Source: Macrostomum lignano | Lineage: Eukaryota | NCBI GenBank assembly: GCA_002269645.1 | Contig: NIVC01000829.1 | Location: 186,001-250,000 of the forward strand | Reading direction: 5' to 3' | Length of the DNA stretch: 64,000 nucleotides | In this document: piece after piece, positions 48,880 through 62,637 of the stretch | Layout of the letters: every line of letters begins with the position of its first letter | Numbering within the stretch: position 1 is the first letter of the stretch | The notes under the pieces: model-generated | The model's input: only the letters and a program-made list of their open reading frames with translations | What the model was told of the DNA's origin: nothing | Databases searched by the model: none | Made by a program: the position numbers and the translations under genes

Positions 48880-49705
48880 GATCCGAGAAGTTAAGAATCC
48901 CATTTTGAGGATCAGAAAAGTTAGGGATCCCAGCTTGAGGATTAGGGAAGTTTAGGATCCCAGTTTGAGGATTAGGGAAGTTTAGGATCCCAGCTTGAGG
49001 ATTAGGGAAGTTTAGGATCCCAGTTTGAGGATCAAAGAAGTTAGGGATCCCAGCTTGAGGATCAGAGAAGTTTAAGATTCCATTTTGAGGATTAGAGAAG
49101 TTTAGGATCCCAGCTTGAGGATCAGAGAAGTTTAAGATTCCATTTTGAGGATCAGAGAAGTTAAGATCCCATTTTGAGGATTAGAGAAGTTAGGGATCCC
49201 AGTTTGAGGATCAGAGAAGTTTAAGATTCCATTTTGAGGATCAGAGAAGTTTAAGATTCCATTTTGAGGATTAGAGAAGTTTAGGATCCCAGCTTGAGGA
49301 TCAGAGAAGTTTAAGATTCCATTTTGAGGATCAGAGAAGTTAAGATCCCATTTTGAGGATTAGAGAAGTTAGGGATCCCAGTTTGAGGATCAGAGAAGTT
49401 TAGGATCCCATTTTGAGGATCAGAGAAGTTAGGGATCCCATTTTGAGGATGAAAGAAGTTTAAGATCCCAGTTTGAGGATCAGAGAAATTTAGTATCCCA
49501 GTTTGAGGATCAGAAAAGTTAGGGATCCCAGCTTGAGGATCAGAGAAGCTTAGGATCCCAGTTTGAGGATGAAAGAAGTTTAAGATCCCAGTTTGAGGAT
49601 CAAAGAAGTTTAGGATCCCAGTTTGAGGATGAAAGAAGTTAAAGATCCTAGTTTGAGGATCAGAGAAGTTAGGGATCCGAGCTTAAGGATCAAAGAAGTT
49701 AGGGA
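48880..49705. repeat. Second, more diverged block of the 30-bp GATC-rich minisatellite
   Basis: Direct reading. Confidence 0.95.
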
Positions 49706-50129
49706 AGGTGTCAGACAGACTGAGGATTATGATAAGTGAAGGTGGTTTAACAAGCGAAGGAATGAGTCGCTGTCAGAAACACACTCACACACACACACAC
49801 ACACTCGTTAGGTATGGGTTTTCACAAAAAGGGCGGCCGCACATGCAAGTGGAATGGGCCTACAGTTACAGAGCTAATTAGTAGATGTTCATAACTGCAG
49901 TTCTGTTCTGTAATTAAACGAAATCTTAGGGTCTTCTTTGCGCCTTGTCTGACAGGGAATGTTTCTCTGATGCTTGCTTTCGACTTTCACTTGCGCGAGA
50001 GATCTTTTTCATCTTACTGATTTAGGACTTGGAAAGTCATACTAATAGCTAAAAGAAATTGTTTTTGTTTATAATTAGTCACTGCCGTAGCAACTGGTGG
50101 GGAGTAATGCACCTGCGATGTGTGATGTG

Positions 50130-51690
50130 ATGTGAACAGAGACGGGAAAGAGGGGAGACAGGGAGAGAAGAGGGTGGAGCGAGGAGAGTGGGGAGTGGAT
50201 AGTGGAGAGAGAGAAGAGACTGGGGAGAGAGGGGAGTGGGGAGAATGGGGAGAGAGGGGAGAGTGGGAGGATAGGGGATAGTGGGAGAGTGGAGAGAGGG
50301 GAGAGTGGGGAGAGTGGGTAGAGAGGGGAGAGAACTGAGAGCAGGTAGTGAACGAAGAGTAGTGATAGGTAGTAGAAATAGGGCAGAGGGAGTGAAAGAA
50401 GAGAGGGTAGAGAGAGTGAGAGGAGAGGGAGTGAGAGAAGAGAGGGTAGAGGGAGTGAGAGAGTGAGAGAAGAGAGGGTAGAGGGAGTGAGAGAGTGAGA
50501 GAAGAGAGGGAGTGAGAGAAGAGAGGGTAGAGGGAGTGAGAGAAGAGAGGGTAGAAGGAGTGAGAGAAGAGAGGGTAGAGAGAGTGAGAGAAGAGAGGAT
50601 AGAGAGTGAGAGAAGAGAGGGAGTGAGAGAAGAGAGGGTAGAGGGAGTGAGAGAAGAGAGGGTAGAAGGAGTGAGAGAAGAGAGGGTAGAGGGAGTGAGA
50701 GAAGAGAGGGTAGAAGGAGTGAGAGAAGAGAGGGTAGAGAGAGTGAGAGAAGAGAGGATAGAGAGTGAGAGAAGAGAGGGAGTGAGAGAAGAGAGGGTAG
50801 AGGGAGTGAGAGAAGAGAGGGTAGAGGGAGTGAGAGAAGAGAGGGTAGATGGAGTGAGAGAAGAGAGGGTAGAGGGAGTGAGAGAAGAGAGGGTAGAGGG
50901 AGTGAGAGAAGAGAGGGTAGAAGGAGTGAGAGAAGAGAGGGTAGAAGGAGTGAGAGAAGAGAGGGTAGAAGGAGTGAGAGAAGAGAGGGTAGAGGGAGTG
51001 AGAGAAGAGAGGGTAGAGGGAGTGAGAGAAGAGAGGGTAGAGGGAGTGAGAGAAGAGAGGGTAGAGGGAGTGAGAGAAGAGAGGGTAGAGGGAGTGAGAG
51101 AAGAGAGGGTAGATGGAGTGAGAGAAGAGAGGGTAGAGGGAGTGAGAGAAGAGAGGGTAGAGGGAGTGAGAGAAGAGAGGGTAGAGGGAGTGAGAGAAGA
51201 GAGGGTAGAAGGAGTGAGAGAAGAGAGGGTAGAGGGAGTGAGAGAAGAGAGGGTAGAAGGAGTGAGAGAAGAGAGGGTAGAGGGAGTGAGAGAAGAGAGG
51301 GTAGAGGGAGTGAGAGAAGAGAGGGTAGATGGAGTGAGAGAAGAGAGGGTAGAGGGAGTGAGAGAAGAGAGGGTAGAGGGAGTGAGAGAAGAGAGGGTAG
51401 AGGGAGTGAGAGAAGAGAGGGTAGAGGGAGTGAGAGAAGAGAGGGTAGAGGGAGTGAGAGAAGAGAGGGTAGAGGGAGTGAGAGAAGAGAGGGTAGAGGG
51501 AGTGAGAGAAGAGAGGGTAGAGGGAGTGAGAGAAGAGAGGGTAGATGGAGTGAGAGAAGAGAGGGTAGAGGGAGTGAGAGAAGAGAGGGTAGAGGGAGTG
51601 AGAGAAGAGAGGGTAGAGGGAGTGAGAGAAGAGAGGGTAGAGGGATCGAGTGAGAGAAGAGAGGGAAGAGAGAGTGAGAGAAGAGGGCAG
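50130..51690. repeat. Purine-rich array, 24-bp unit GAGAGAAGAGAGGGTAGAGGGAGT
   Basis: Direct reading. Confidence 0.97.
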
Positions 51691-52069
51691 AGGGGAGCCA
51701 GACACGCCAGTTTAGCACACAGGGTGGAAAGGACAGAGCTGCCATGCAGGCATTAGAATGAGTGACAGATGACCTTGAAGAGAAGATCAAAATGTTTGAT
51801 CAGCATTTACCCAGTAATCGAACTGCATACAAACGGCAGAGCTGAAGTGCTCAATTCGCACTGATATGAATATCGTTCTAGCAGGCTGTCAGTGTGTCAA
51901 TCAATAACCACTGGCTGGATGCTGAGCAAGCATAAAATTGATATTGACGTTAAAGTGAAATGCAGTGACTCCAGTTTTTAATTGGTGAACAAACCAACCG
52001 CTATTTAATTGTATTGCTGATAGGTAGAAGGCCTCGGCCTAACCATGCCCTCTGGCTGGATCTGGATGC

Positions 52070-52615
<546 letters not shown>

Positions 52616-53029
52616 CATAAAAGAAAAGTGCCAAACACAAACGTGACACATCAAGAAGCCACAATTATTTATTATTCATAACGGCACAGATTAACATAGA
52701 GTATTATTTTATTTAATACCATAAATAATACCCTGTGTGGCCTTTCAGAGCTAAAAATGTTTACTAACAAGATTAACTACTTGCAAGCGAAATAGGAGGG
52801 TGTTAAACATACTCTGGCACAGTAATAAAGTAAACAGTTTCAGGATAACAGCAGAAAGAGCAGTTTAAATTAGTGCAGCACAGGTAACAAGAATTGTTTT
52901 CACGAGCCTCGTACTTTGAACTTTTTCAGAAATAAAAATTCATACAATAAACAACCGGGGAGCCAATCGTGAATTTGAATAAATAGATTATCAATAGACA
53001 TTGCCACCTTATTCATAATAAGTCTAGAA

Positions 53030-54310
53030 CACATCCTAATCCCTTCCTCTATGCTCATAGACCCCATCCTTGAATCCCATCCTCTATGCTCATAGACCCC
53101 ATCCTTGAATCCCATCCTCTATGCTCATAGACCCCATCCTTGAATCCCATCCTCTATGCTCATAGACCCCATCCTTGAATCCCATCTCCTTTATGCACAT
53201 AGACCCCATTATAATCCCATCCTCTATGCACATAGACCCCATTATAGTCCTATCCTCTATTCTCATAGACCCCATCATAATCCCATCCTCTATGCTCATA
53301 GACCCCATCATAATCCCATCCTCTATGCTCATAGACCCCATCAAATCCCATCCTTTATGCTCATAGACCCCATCATAATCCCATCTTTTATGATCATAGA
53401 ACCCATCATAATCCCATCCTCTATGCTCATAGACCCCATCATAATCCCTTCCTCTATGCTCATAGACCCCATCCTTGAATCCCATCCTCTATGCTCATAG
53501 ACCCCATCCTTGAATCCCATCCTCTATGCTCATAGACCCCATCCTTGAATCCCATCTCCTTTATGCACATAGACCCCATTATAATCCCATCCTCTATGCA
53601 CATAGACCCCATTATAGTCCTATCCTCTATTCTCATAGACCCCATCATAATCCCATCCTCTATGCTCATAGACCCCATCATAATCCCATCCTCTATGCTC
53701 ATAGACCCCATCATAATCCCATCCTTTATGCTCATAGACCCCATCATAATCCCATCTTTTATGATCATAGAACCCATCATAATCCCATCCTCTATGCTCA
53801 TAGACCCCATCATAATCCCATCTTTTATGATCATAGAACCCATCATAATCCCATCCTCTATGCTCATAGACCCCATCATAATCCCATCCTTTATGCTCAT
53901 AGACCCCATCATAATCCCATATTTTATGATCATAGAACCCATCATAATCCCATCCTCTATGCTCATAGACCCCATCATAATCCCATCCTCTATGCTCATA
54001 GACCACGTCATATCCCATCCATTATGCTCATAGACCCCATCATAATCCCATCCTCTATGCTCATAGACCCCATCATAATCCCATCCTCTATGCCCATAGA
54101 CCCCATCATAATCCCATCCTCTATGCTCATAGACCCCATCATAATCCCATCCTCTATGCTCATAGACCTCATCATAATCCCATCCTCTATGCTCATAGAC
54201 CACGTCATATCCCATCCATTATGCTCATATACCCCATCATAATCCCATTCTCTATACTAATAGACCCATCATAATCCCATCCTTTATGATTATAGACCCC
54301 AACATAATCC
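53030..54310. repeat. Minisatellite, 33-bp unit ATCCCATCCTCTATGCTCATAGACCCCATCATA
   Basis: Direct reading; an internal block recurs at 370-bp offset. Confidence 0.96.
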
Positions 54311-54312
54311 CA

Positions 54313-54860
54313 GATCCCATACACATTGCTAACAGATCCCATACACATTGCTAACAGATCCCATAGACATTGCTAACAGATCCCATACACAATGCTAACA
54401 GATCCCATACACAATGCTAACAGATCCCATACACATTGCTAACGGATCCCATACACGATGCTAACAGATCCCATACACAATGCTAACAGATCCCATACAC
54501 ATTGCTAACAGATCCCATACACAATGCTAACAGATCCCATACACATTGCTAACAGATCCCATACACATTGCTAACAGATCCCATACACAATGCTAACAGA
54601 TCCCATACACATTGCTAACAGATCCCATACACAATGCTAACAGATCCCATACACAATGCTAACAGATCCCATACACAATGCTAACAGATCCCATACACAA
54701 TGCTAACAGATCCCATACATATTGCTAACAGATCCCATACACATTGCTAACAGATCCCATACATATTGCTAACAGATCCCATACACATTGCTAACAGATC
54801 CCATACACATTGCTAACAGATCCCATACACATTGCTAACAGATCCCATACACATTGCTAA
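54313..54860. repeat. Minisatellite, 22-bp unit CAGATCCCATACACATTGCTAA
   Basis: Direct reading. Confidence 0.97.
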
Positions 54861-54927
54861 CTAATACCAAATCCCATCGCAAATCTTATTGAAGAGTTCG
54901 GCAAGACACGGGCAGCAGCAGCAGGCG

Positions 54928-57900
54928 TCACAGCTTGTCCTTGAACAAATCCAGCAAAGTGCCGGTGGGCTGCCGGCCTTTGCCGTTACCAGCATCTTCA
55001 TCATCATCGCCATCATCCTCTTGCATGCTATTCAGCTTCCGTTTTCGAACAAGTCGCAACTGCTTTCGGTGGCTGCCAGCCTCATCTGCATCAGATGCTG
55101 AAGCTGATGATGAGCTGGTGGAGGAGTCGGATTTGTCATCCGCCTCATCATCATCATCATCATCATCGGTGATCTCCAGCATCATGTTGTCCTCGACAGT
55201 CGCGTTGGTCGCGGAGGCGGTAGCCGCCGTTGTCGTGTCACCGACGCCATCAACTGAGCAATCTTTATCAGCATCCGCAACCTCTTCCTCGTCATCAAAG
55301 CTGACCTCTCCGACATCGTCCAAGTCGCCTCCGTCGGTCTCCTGATAGAGCGGCGTGTCACCGTCCACATGGGTGAAAGCGGTCACCAAGGCGGCGTCGT
55401 TATCGTAGACCTTAGCCAGCATGCTGGCTCGCAGAGAGGGCGAGTAGCGCTGCTCAATGACCTGCTGATGGAACTGCAGCACCGGGAAGCTGTCCTGATT
55501 CTGCTGCAGGGCGTTCTTGGCGGCGTTCATCTGCGCCACCTTCACCGACTTGCCGGAGCCTTCGCCAAGTTTAACGTTGCGAAAATAGACCGAGATTCGA
55601 AAGCAGCGATTGTTGCTGCCACCGGTGCAGCTGTCCAGCACGTAGCGGGCCAGTTCCGGCTTGCTGTCCCGATCGCGGAGAGTCAGACAGCACTGCTGCA
55701 GCTTCGACTTCGGATCGTTCCATTCCTGGGTAAGAATGAACTCAACTAGGCGGGGAAAGAAGCACACCTGGCAGAGTCGCTCTACCCAGGTGAGATCTTT
55801 GTCCACAAAGACTGCTCCGACAAAGGATTCAAGCACGTCGGCGAAGATCTTCGAATCGGCGTCCAACGATAGAAGGGCCGACGGTGCGGCCGGGGTGTCC
55901 TCGATGATGAACTCGGTGAGGCCGAGGTCGCGGCACACCTGGCCCTGGGTGTACTTGTTGGCCATGGTGTTCCGCAGGATTGACAGGTGGCCCTCGTGGT
56001 GATAGGGGAAGTGCTTGAACAGGTAGTCGGTGGTCACGAACTTGAGCAGTGTGTCGCCAAGGTGCTCGAGGCGCTGGTTGTTGCCACTGGAGGATTTTGG
56101 AGTACGAGAGGTTTTAATTTATTATAGCCGAGGGCGATTCTGATTTAGCTGAGGGCGATTCTGATTTAGCTTAGGGCGATTCTGATTTAGCTTAGGGCGA
56201 TTCTGATTTAGCTTAGGGCGATTCTGATTTAGCTTAGGGCGATTCTGATTTAGCTTAGGGCGATTCTGATTTAGCTTAGGGCGATTCTGATTTAGCTTAG
56301 GGCGATTCTGATTTAGCTGAGGGCGATTCTGATTTAGCGTAGGGCGATTCTAATCAAGCTGAGGGCGATTCTGATTTAGCGTAGGGCGATTCTAATCAAG
56401 CTGAGGGCGATTCAAATTTAGCTCAGGGCGATTCTAATGTAGCTGAGGGCGATTCTAATTTAGCTGATTGTGTTTTTAATTTAGCTGAGGGAGATTCTTA
56501 ATTGACTCGGGGTGATTTTCAGGGGCTAGATAGGATATAATGGAGACAGATAGATAGAAATAAATATAGATAAGTAAGATAGAATAGGGATAGACAGAAT
56601 AGAATGGGATAGACAGGATAGAATGGGGATAGACAGGATAGAATCGGGACAGACAGGATAGAATTGGGGTGGATGGGATAGAATGGGGATAGACAAGGAT
56701 AGAATTGGGGTGGATAGGATAGAATGGGGATAGACAGGATAGAATTGGGGTGGATAGGATAGAATGGAGACAGATATCAAGAATACGCAGTCACAAAGAC
56801 AAAAAGCAAAATCTAAAAAGAGGGAACTCACAGAGTCAGCTGATTGAACCGTCTGGTGTAAGACAAGCTCTGAGCAAGCAAACGAATGTGCCGAAATTCC
56901 ATACCGATTCGGCGTTCCAACCGAGTGAGTTTCTGAAATTATTTTCGCATCAAATGTTTGATTGAATGAATGGCGACAGAATTTGAGCACCGTTCGAAAT
57001 TGAATTGTCAAGACTGATTCTGCGGTTTACAGTGACAACAAGGAGTTTGCTTCTTTCGAAGTGACAAGCTTGTTTCATTAGAGTGACAAGGATGCTTTCT
57101 TAGAGTGACAAGGATGCTTTCTTAGAGTGACAAGGATTCATTATTAGAGTGACAAGGGTCCTTTATTCGAAGTGACAAGGATGCTTTATTGGAGTGACAA
57201 GGATGCTTCATCAGAGTGACAAGGATGCTTTCTTAGAGTGACAAGGATTCATTATTAGAGTGACAAGGGTCCTTTATTCGAAGTGACAAGGATGCTTTAT
57301 CAGAGTGACAAGGATGCTTCATCAGAGTGACAAGGATGCTTTATCAGAGTGACAAGGATGCTTTCTTAGAGTGACAAGGATTCATTATTAGAGTGACAAG
57401 GGTCCTTTATTCGAAGTGACAAGGATGCTTTATTGGAGTGACAAGGATGCCTTTAATAAAGTGACGAGGTTGATTTATTAGAGTGACAAGGATGTTTCAT
57501 TAGTGACAAGATTGCTTTCTTAGAGTGACAAGATTGCTTTCTTAGAGTGACAAGGATGCTTTATTAGAGTGACAAGGATGCTTTATCAGAGTGACAAGGA
57601 TGCTTTCTTAGAGTGACAAGGATTCATTATTAGAGTGACAAGGGTCATTTATTCGAAGTGACAAGGATGCTTTATTGGAGTGACAAGATGCTTCATCAGA
57701 GTGACAAGATTGCTTTCTTAGAGTGACAAGGATGCTTTCTTAGAGTGACAAGGATGCTTTCTTAGAGTGACAAGGTTGCATTATTAGAGTGATCTAAGTG
57801 ATGCTTAGTGAACAAGAATGCTTAGATTTAGGAAGCTGGAAATGCTTAATGCTGGTTAGCGAGTGACAAGAAGCTTCACGGCGGAGTCACTAGGGAACCC

Positions 57901-58556
57901 AGCGTGGAGTGACGTCGCACAGGGTTCACGGAAAAATAGTAGACTAACAAGTTCCAAGCGGGTTCTAATCCCAATCCTAATCCTCTTAATTCTTTTCCCA
58001 ATTCCCAAGGGAGACTAATCCGCCTGGGTCAGCTGAGCCAATGGCTATAGAAGTCTTTACTATTAACAGAGACATTAATACAGAAGTTTCCAATATTTTT
58101 ACAACTTAGGAAAGAGGACTTCAGCCAAGCCAATTTTACAAGTAAATCCCAAGGGGAATTATACTGTGTGGCCTCGAAGACCACTAATAGAGTTTTTATG
58201 ACACGCTCACAAAAAAGACCAATAAATCCAGTATTAGCAGCTCCCAAAGCATTTCGTGATCAATTTAAGGCCGCCAACTTCAACTGCTCTTTTCATTTTC
58301 TACAGCATGATCGGCTCCAAGAAGTCCCACATAAGCCGATAGCAATGAATGGTAAATATGGGTATTAGGGAAGAGAGCCGAGTGGACCCAGCTATTATTG
58401 GAAACAGAGGAAAGTAATAAGAAAAAATTATGAATAAGCTCGGCTGTGCGAGAAACCCATCGGGGAGAGCTTATATGAAGCCGTGATGGGCATGCTGCTG
58501 TCTTCATTGCACTGCTAGGCAATGTTCATTCACAAGATGTGAAACACTCGCTAAAC

Positions 58557-58636
<80 letters not shown>

Positions 58637-58747
58637 GTGTCTGTCCGTCTGTCTGTCTGTCCGTCTGTCTGTCTGTCTGTCTGTCTGTTCTGTCTGTCTG
58701 TCTGTCTGTCTGTCTGTCCATCTGTCTGTCTGTCTGTGTGTCTGTCC

Positions 58748-58783
<36 letters not shown>

Positions 58784-58836
58784 GTCTGTCTGTCTGTCTG
58801 TCCGTCTGTCCGTCTGTCCGTCTGTCCGTCTGTCTG

Positions 58837-58906
<70 letters not shown>

Positions 58907-58990
58907 CATCTATCTATCTATCTATATCTATCTATCTATCTATCTATCTATCTACCTGTCTGTCCGTCTGTCCGTCTGTCCGTCTGTCTG

Positions 58991-59061
<71 letters not shown>

Positions 59062-59106
59062 GTTTGTCTGTCTTTCTGTCTGTCCGTCTGTCTGTCTGTC
59101 TGTCTT

Positions 59107-59171
<65 letters not shown>

Positions 59172-59495
59172 TGTATGTCTGTCTCTGTGTGTCTCACCTT
59201 ATCAGATGAGCTATATATAATTATACATACCTTACCTGCTTATCACTCTGTCTTATTCCCGTCCGTCTGTCTGTCAATCAATCAATCTACCAGAAGCCGA
59301 TATAAAGAGAGAAAAAAGCATTTCATTTCCCCACAATTCACCAATTCCCGAATAATAATATTAGAAAACAAGAGAGGAAAAGGGCACCGACAGACAGACA
59401 GACAAATAATTGAAGGCAGTGCTGCACAGAGGCATTCATAGAAACAGCAAAGCCATGTGGGAATTGGCAGAAAACCAGAAAGACGGCTAGAGAGA

Positions 59496-59543
<48 letters not shown>

Positions 59544-62531
59544 CTCGCTACAAGCAAAGCGAGGACAAACAGATCGAGCCTGGAAGGGGGAAGGGCGTGG
59601 ACGGTTTCGGCAGACAGTGTTGGCGGGCAATATCCTGAGGGAATTATCGCCTTCGCCGGTTTGGATCGGATGCAATTTTATAGGAAATAGGGTTGGACAT
59701 CCCCGGGTTATCATGGGAACTGACAGATTCGAACTGATTCGAAATAGCTAAGAGTATAAACCATGGAAATGTCAACATAGATTTGCTTATCTTTGTGTCA
59801 ATAAAAGTTTATATTTTGAGTTTGTTAAGAATTTTTTCTCAACGTCTGGTAACAGTAATGATGTTGGACCTGCAACTGGGGATCTGGGAAGCTGGCCCAG
59901 CAACTGAGCGTCTGGGAGGCTGGCCCAGCAACTGAGGATCTGGGAGGCTGGCCCAGCAACTGAGGATCTGAGAGGCTGGCCCAGCAACTGAGGATCTGGG
60001 AGGCTGGCCAAGCAACTGAGGATCTAAGAGGCTGGCCCAGCAACTGAGGATCTAAGAGGCTGGCCCAGCAACTGGGGATCTGGGAGGCTGGCCCAGCAAC
60101 TGAGGATCTGGGAGGCTGGCCCAGCAACTGAGGATCTGGGAGGCTGGCCCAGCAACTGAGGATCTGAGAGGCTGGCCCAGCAACTGAGGATCTAAGAGGC
60201 TGGCTTAGCAACTGAGGATCTGAGAGGCTGGCCCAGCAACTGAGGATCTGAGAGGCTGGCCCAGCAACTGAGGATCTAAGAGGCTGGCTTAGCAACTGAG
60301 GATCTGAGAGGCTGGCCCAGCAACTGAGGACCTGGGAGGCTGGCCCAGCAACTGAAGATCCGAGAGGCTGGCCTAGCAACTAAGGACGACAATGACCAGT
60401 TAGCCCTGGCAAATTAAAAGCTGAAATGAAAATCCAGCGCGCACCACGAACTTCATGGAAACTATTCCAGAAGAGATTCTCAGCAAAGCTACTAAAAAGC
60501 AGGCAGTCAGTTACAGGAGGAAGCCAGACTCATTTAGTCAAAGTGTCTCTAACGAGCGCGAGTCTTGAAGGCTTGATTGAATTTACTCACATCAGTGCAG
60601 CTCATTAGCAGCCAGGCAGATCCCCACACAAGCGATGCAACGATAAAATTCAAAGTCTCTCAAACAGATCAGTTGATAACTGCACTGGCTAACTAGCGAA
60701 GACCCTGGCATGAAGTAGCAAGAGAGCTTTGAAGCTGCTGCTCAACACAAAGTTGATTAGAAAGTTTTTGGCAGAGAAGGGGCAGAAGATTACAAGAATT
60801 TGAAGGTTGAAAAAGAAATTGCAAGGGATTTAATACAGATTCGAAATTACAGAAAAGTAGTATAAGTATAGCTACACCTATAAACAGACAAACAGACAGA
60901 ATTACAAATTTACAGCTGGACTTATATAGGCTTACAGACAAAATACAGACAACAGTTAGACACATACAGAATTTAAGACACAAACTCTACTCACACAGAC
61001 ACAAACAAACAGACAGAATTACAGACACGAACAAGATTCGTACAGACACAAACAGACAAGCAAAATTACAGAAACCATATAGACTGGCTCATACAGACAC
61101 AAACAGACAATTACAGACGATAAAAAGACTTATACAGACAATTAAAGACACCAATGAGACTCATACAGAGAATTACAGACACCAATGAGACTCATACAGA
61201 CAATTACAGACACCAATGAGACTCATACAGACAATTACAGACACCAACTAGACTCATACAGACAATTACAGACACCAATAAGACTCATACAGACAATTAC
61301 AGACACCAATGAGACTCGTACAGACACAAACAGACAATTAAAGACACCAACTAGACTCATACAGACAATTACAGACACCAATAAGACTCATACAGACAAT
61401 TACAGACACCAATGAGACTCGTACAGACACAAACAGACAATTAAAGACACCAACTAGACTCATACAGACAATTACAGACACCAATAAGACTCATACAGAC
61501 AATTACAGACACCAATGAGACTCGTACAGACACAAACAGACAATTAAAGACACCAACTAGACTCATACAGACAATTACAGACACCAATAAGACTCATACA
61601 GACAATTACAGACACCAATGAGACTCGTACAGACACAAACAGACAATTAAAGACACCAACTAGACTCATACAGACAATTACAGACACCAATAAGACTCAT
61701 ACAGACAATTACAGACACCAATGAGACTCGTACAGACACAAACAGACAATTAAAGACACCAACTAGACTCATACAGACAATTACAGACACCAATAAGACT
61801 CATACAGACAATTGCAGACACCAATGAGACTCGTACAGACACAAACAGACAATTACAGACACCAACTAGACTCATACAGACAATTACAGACACCAATAAG
61901 ACTCATACAGACACAATCAGCCAGTGATAACATAAAATAGTTACCACAATTAAAAAAACCGAGAATTAGATAATTACGCTCCGATAACATAAAATTAAAA
62001 AAATCATTTTATAATACTAGCTCAAAGTAGTCTACTCGGCACATAGTAAATTCAATAAATGTTTTAACTGTCAGGGCGGTAGGTTTATGAGGTGCAGGAA
62101 AACCAGTCGATCAGCCTAAGCACCGCTCGTGTCAGTTTACTCCAGCAGCCAAGCGGACCCAAATTTGATTGCCGCTGTGCTCAGGCTGCAGGTCAAATAT
62201 GTGCAGCATTTTTTTAGGCGCAAGGCTGAGTAGTAGTCAACTGATAAGCTGGTGAGGCTACATAATTGTATCCTCATTTTATGAAATATTAGTTTCATGC
62301 TAGTCTAATAAGATGGTAGGGGAGCTGTCGAAACGTTTAATAAGTTCTGATATCTAGCATGGCTTGCTCGGAATGGCACAACTATGCACTGGCACAAAGA
62401 TAGACATAAAGACAGTATACAGACACAGACAGACGGACAGACAGACATTAAGACAAACGGACAGACAGACGGACAGACAGACATTAAGACAAACGGACAG
62501 ACAGACAGACAGACAGACATTAAGACAAACG

Positions 62532-62594
<63 letters not shown>

Positions 62595-62595
62595 G

Positions 62596-62637
<42 letters not shown>

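Noticed and set aside
58306-58351. Plus-strand mini-exon-like segment (TTTTCTACAG|...G|GTAAAT) in the Drosha intron
   Set aside because: No partner exons or recognisable peptide; such signals arise by chance.
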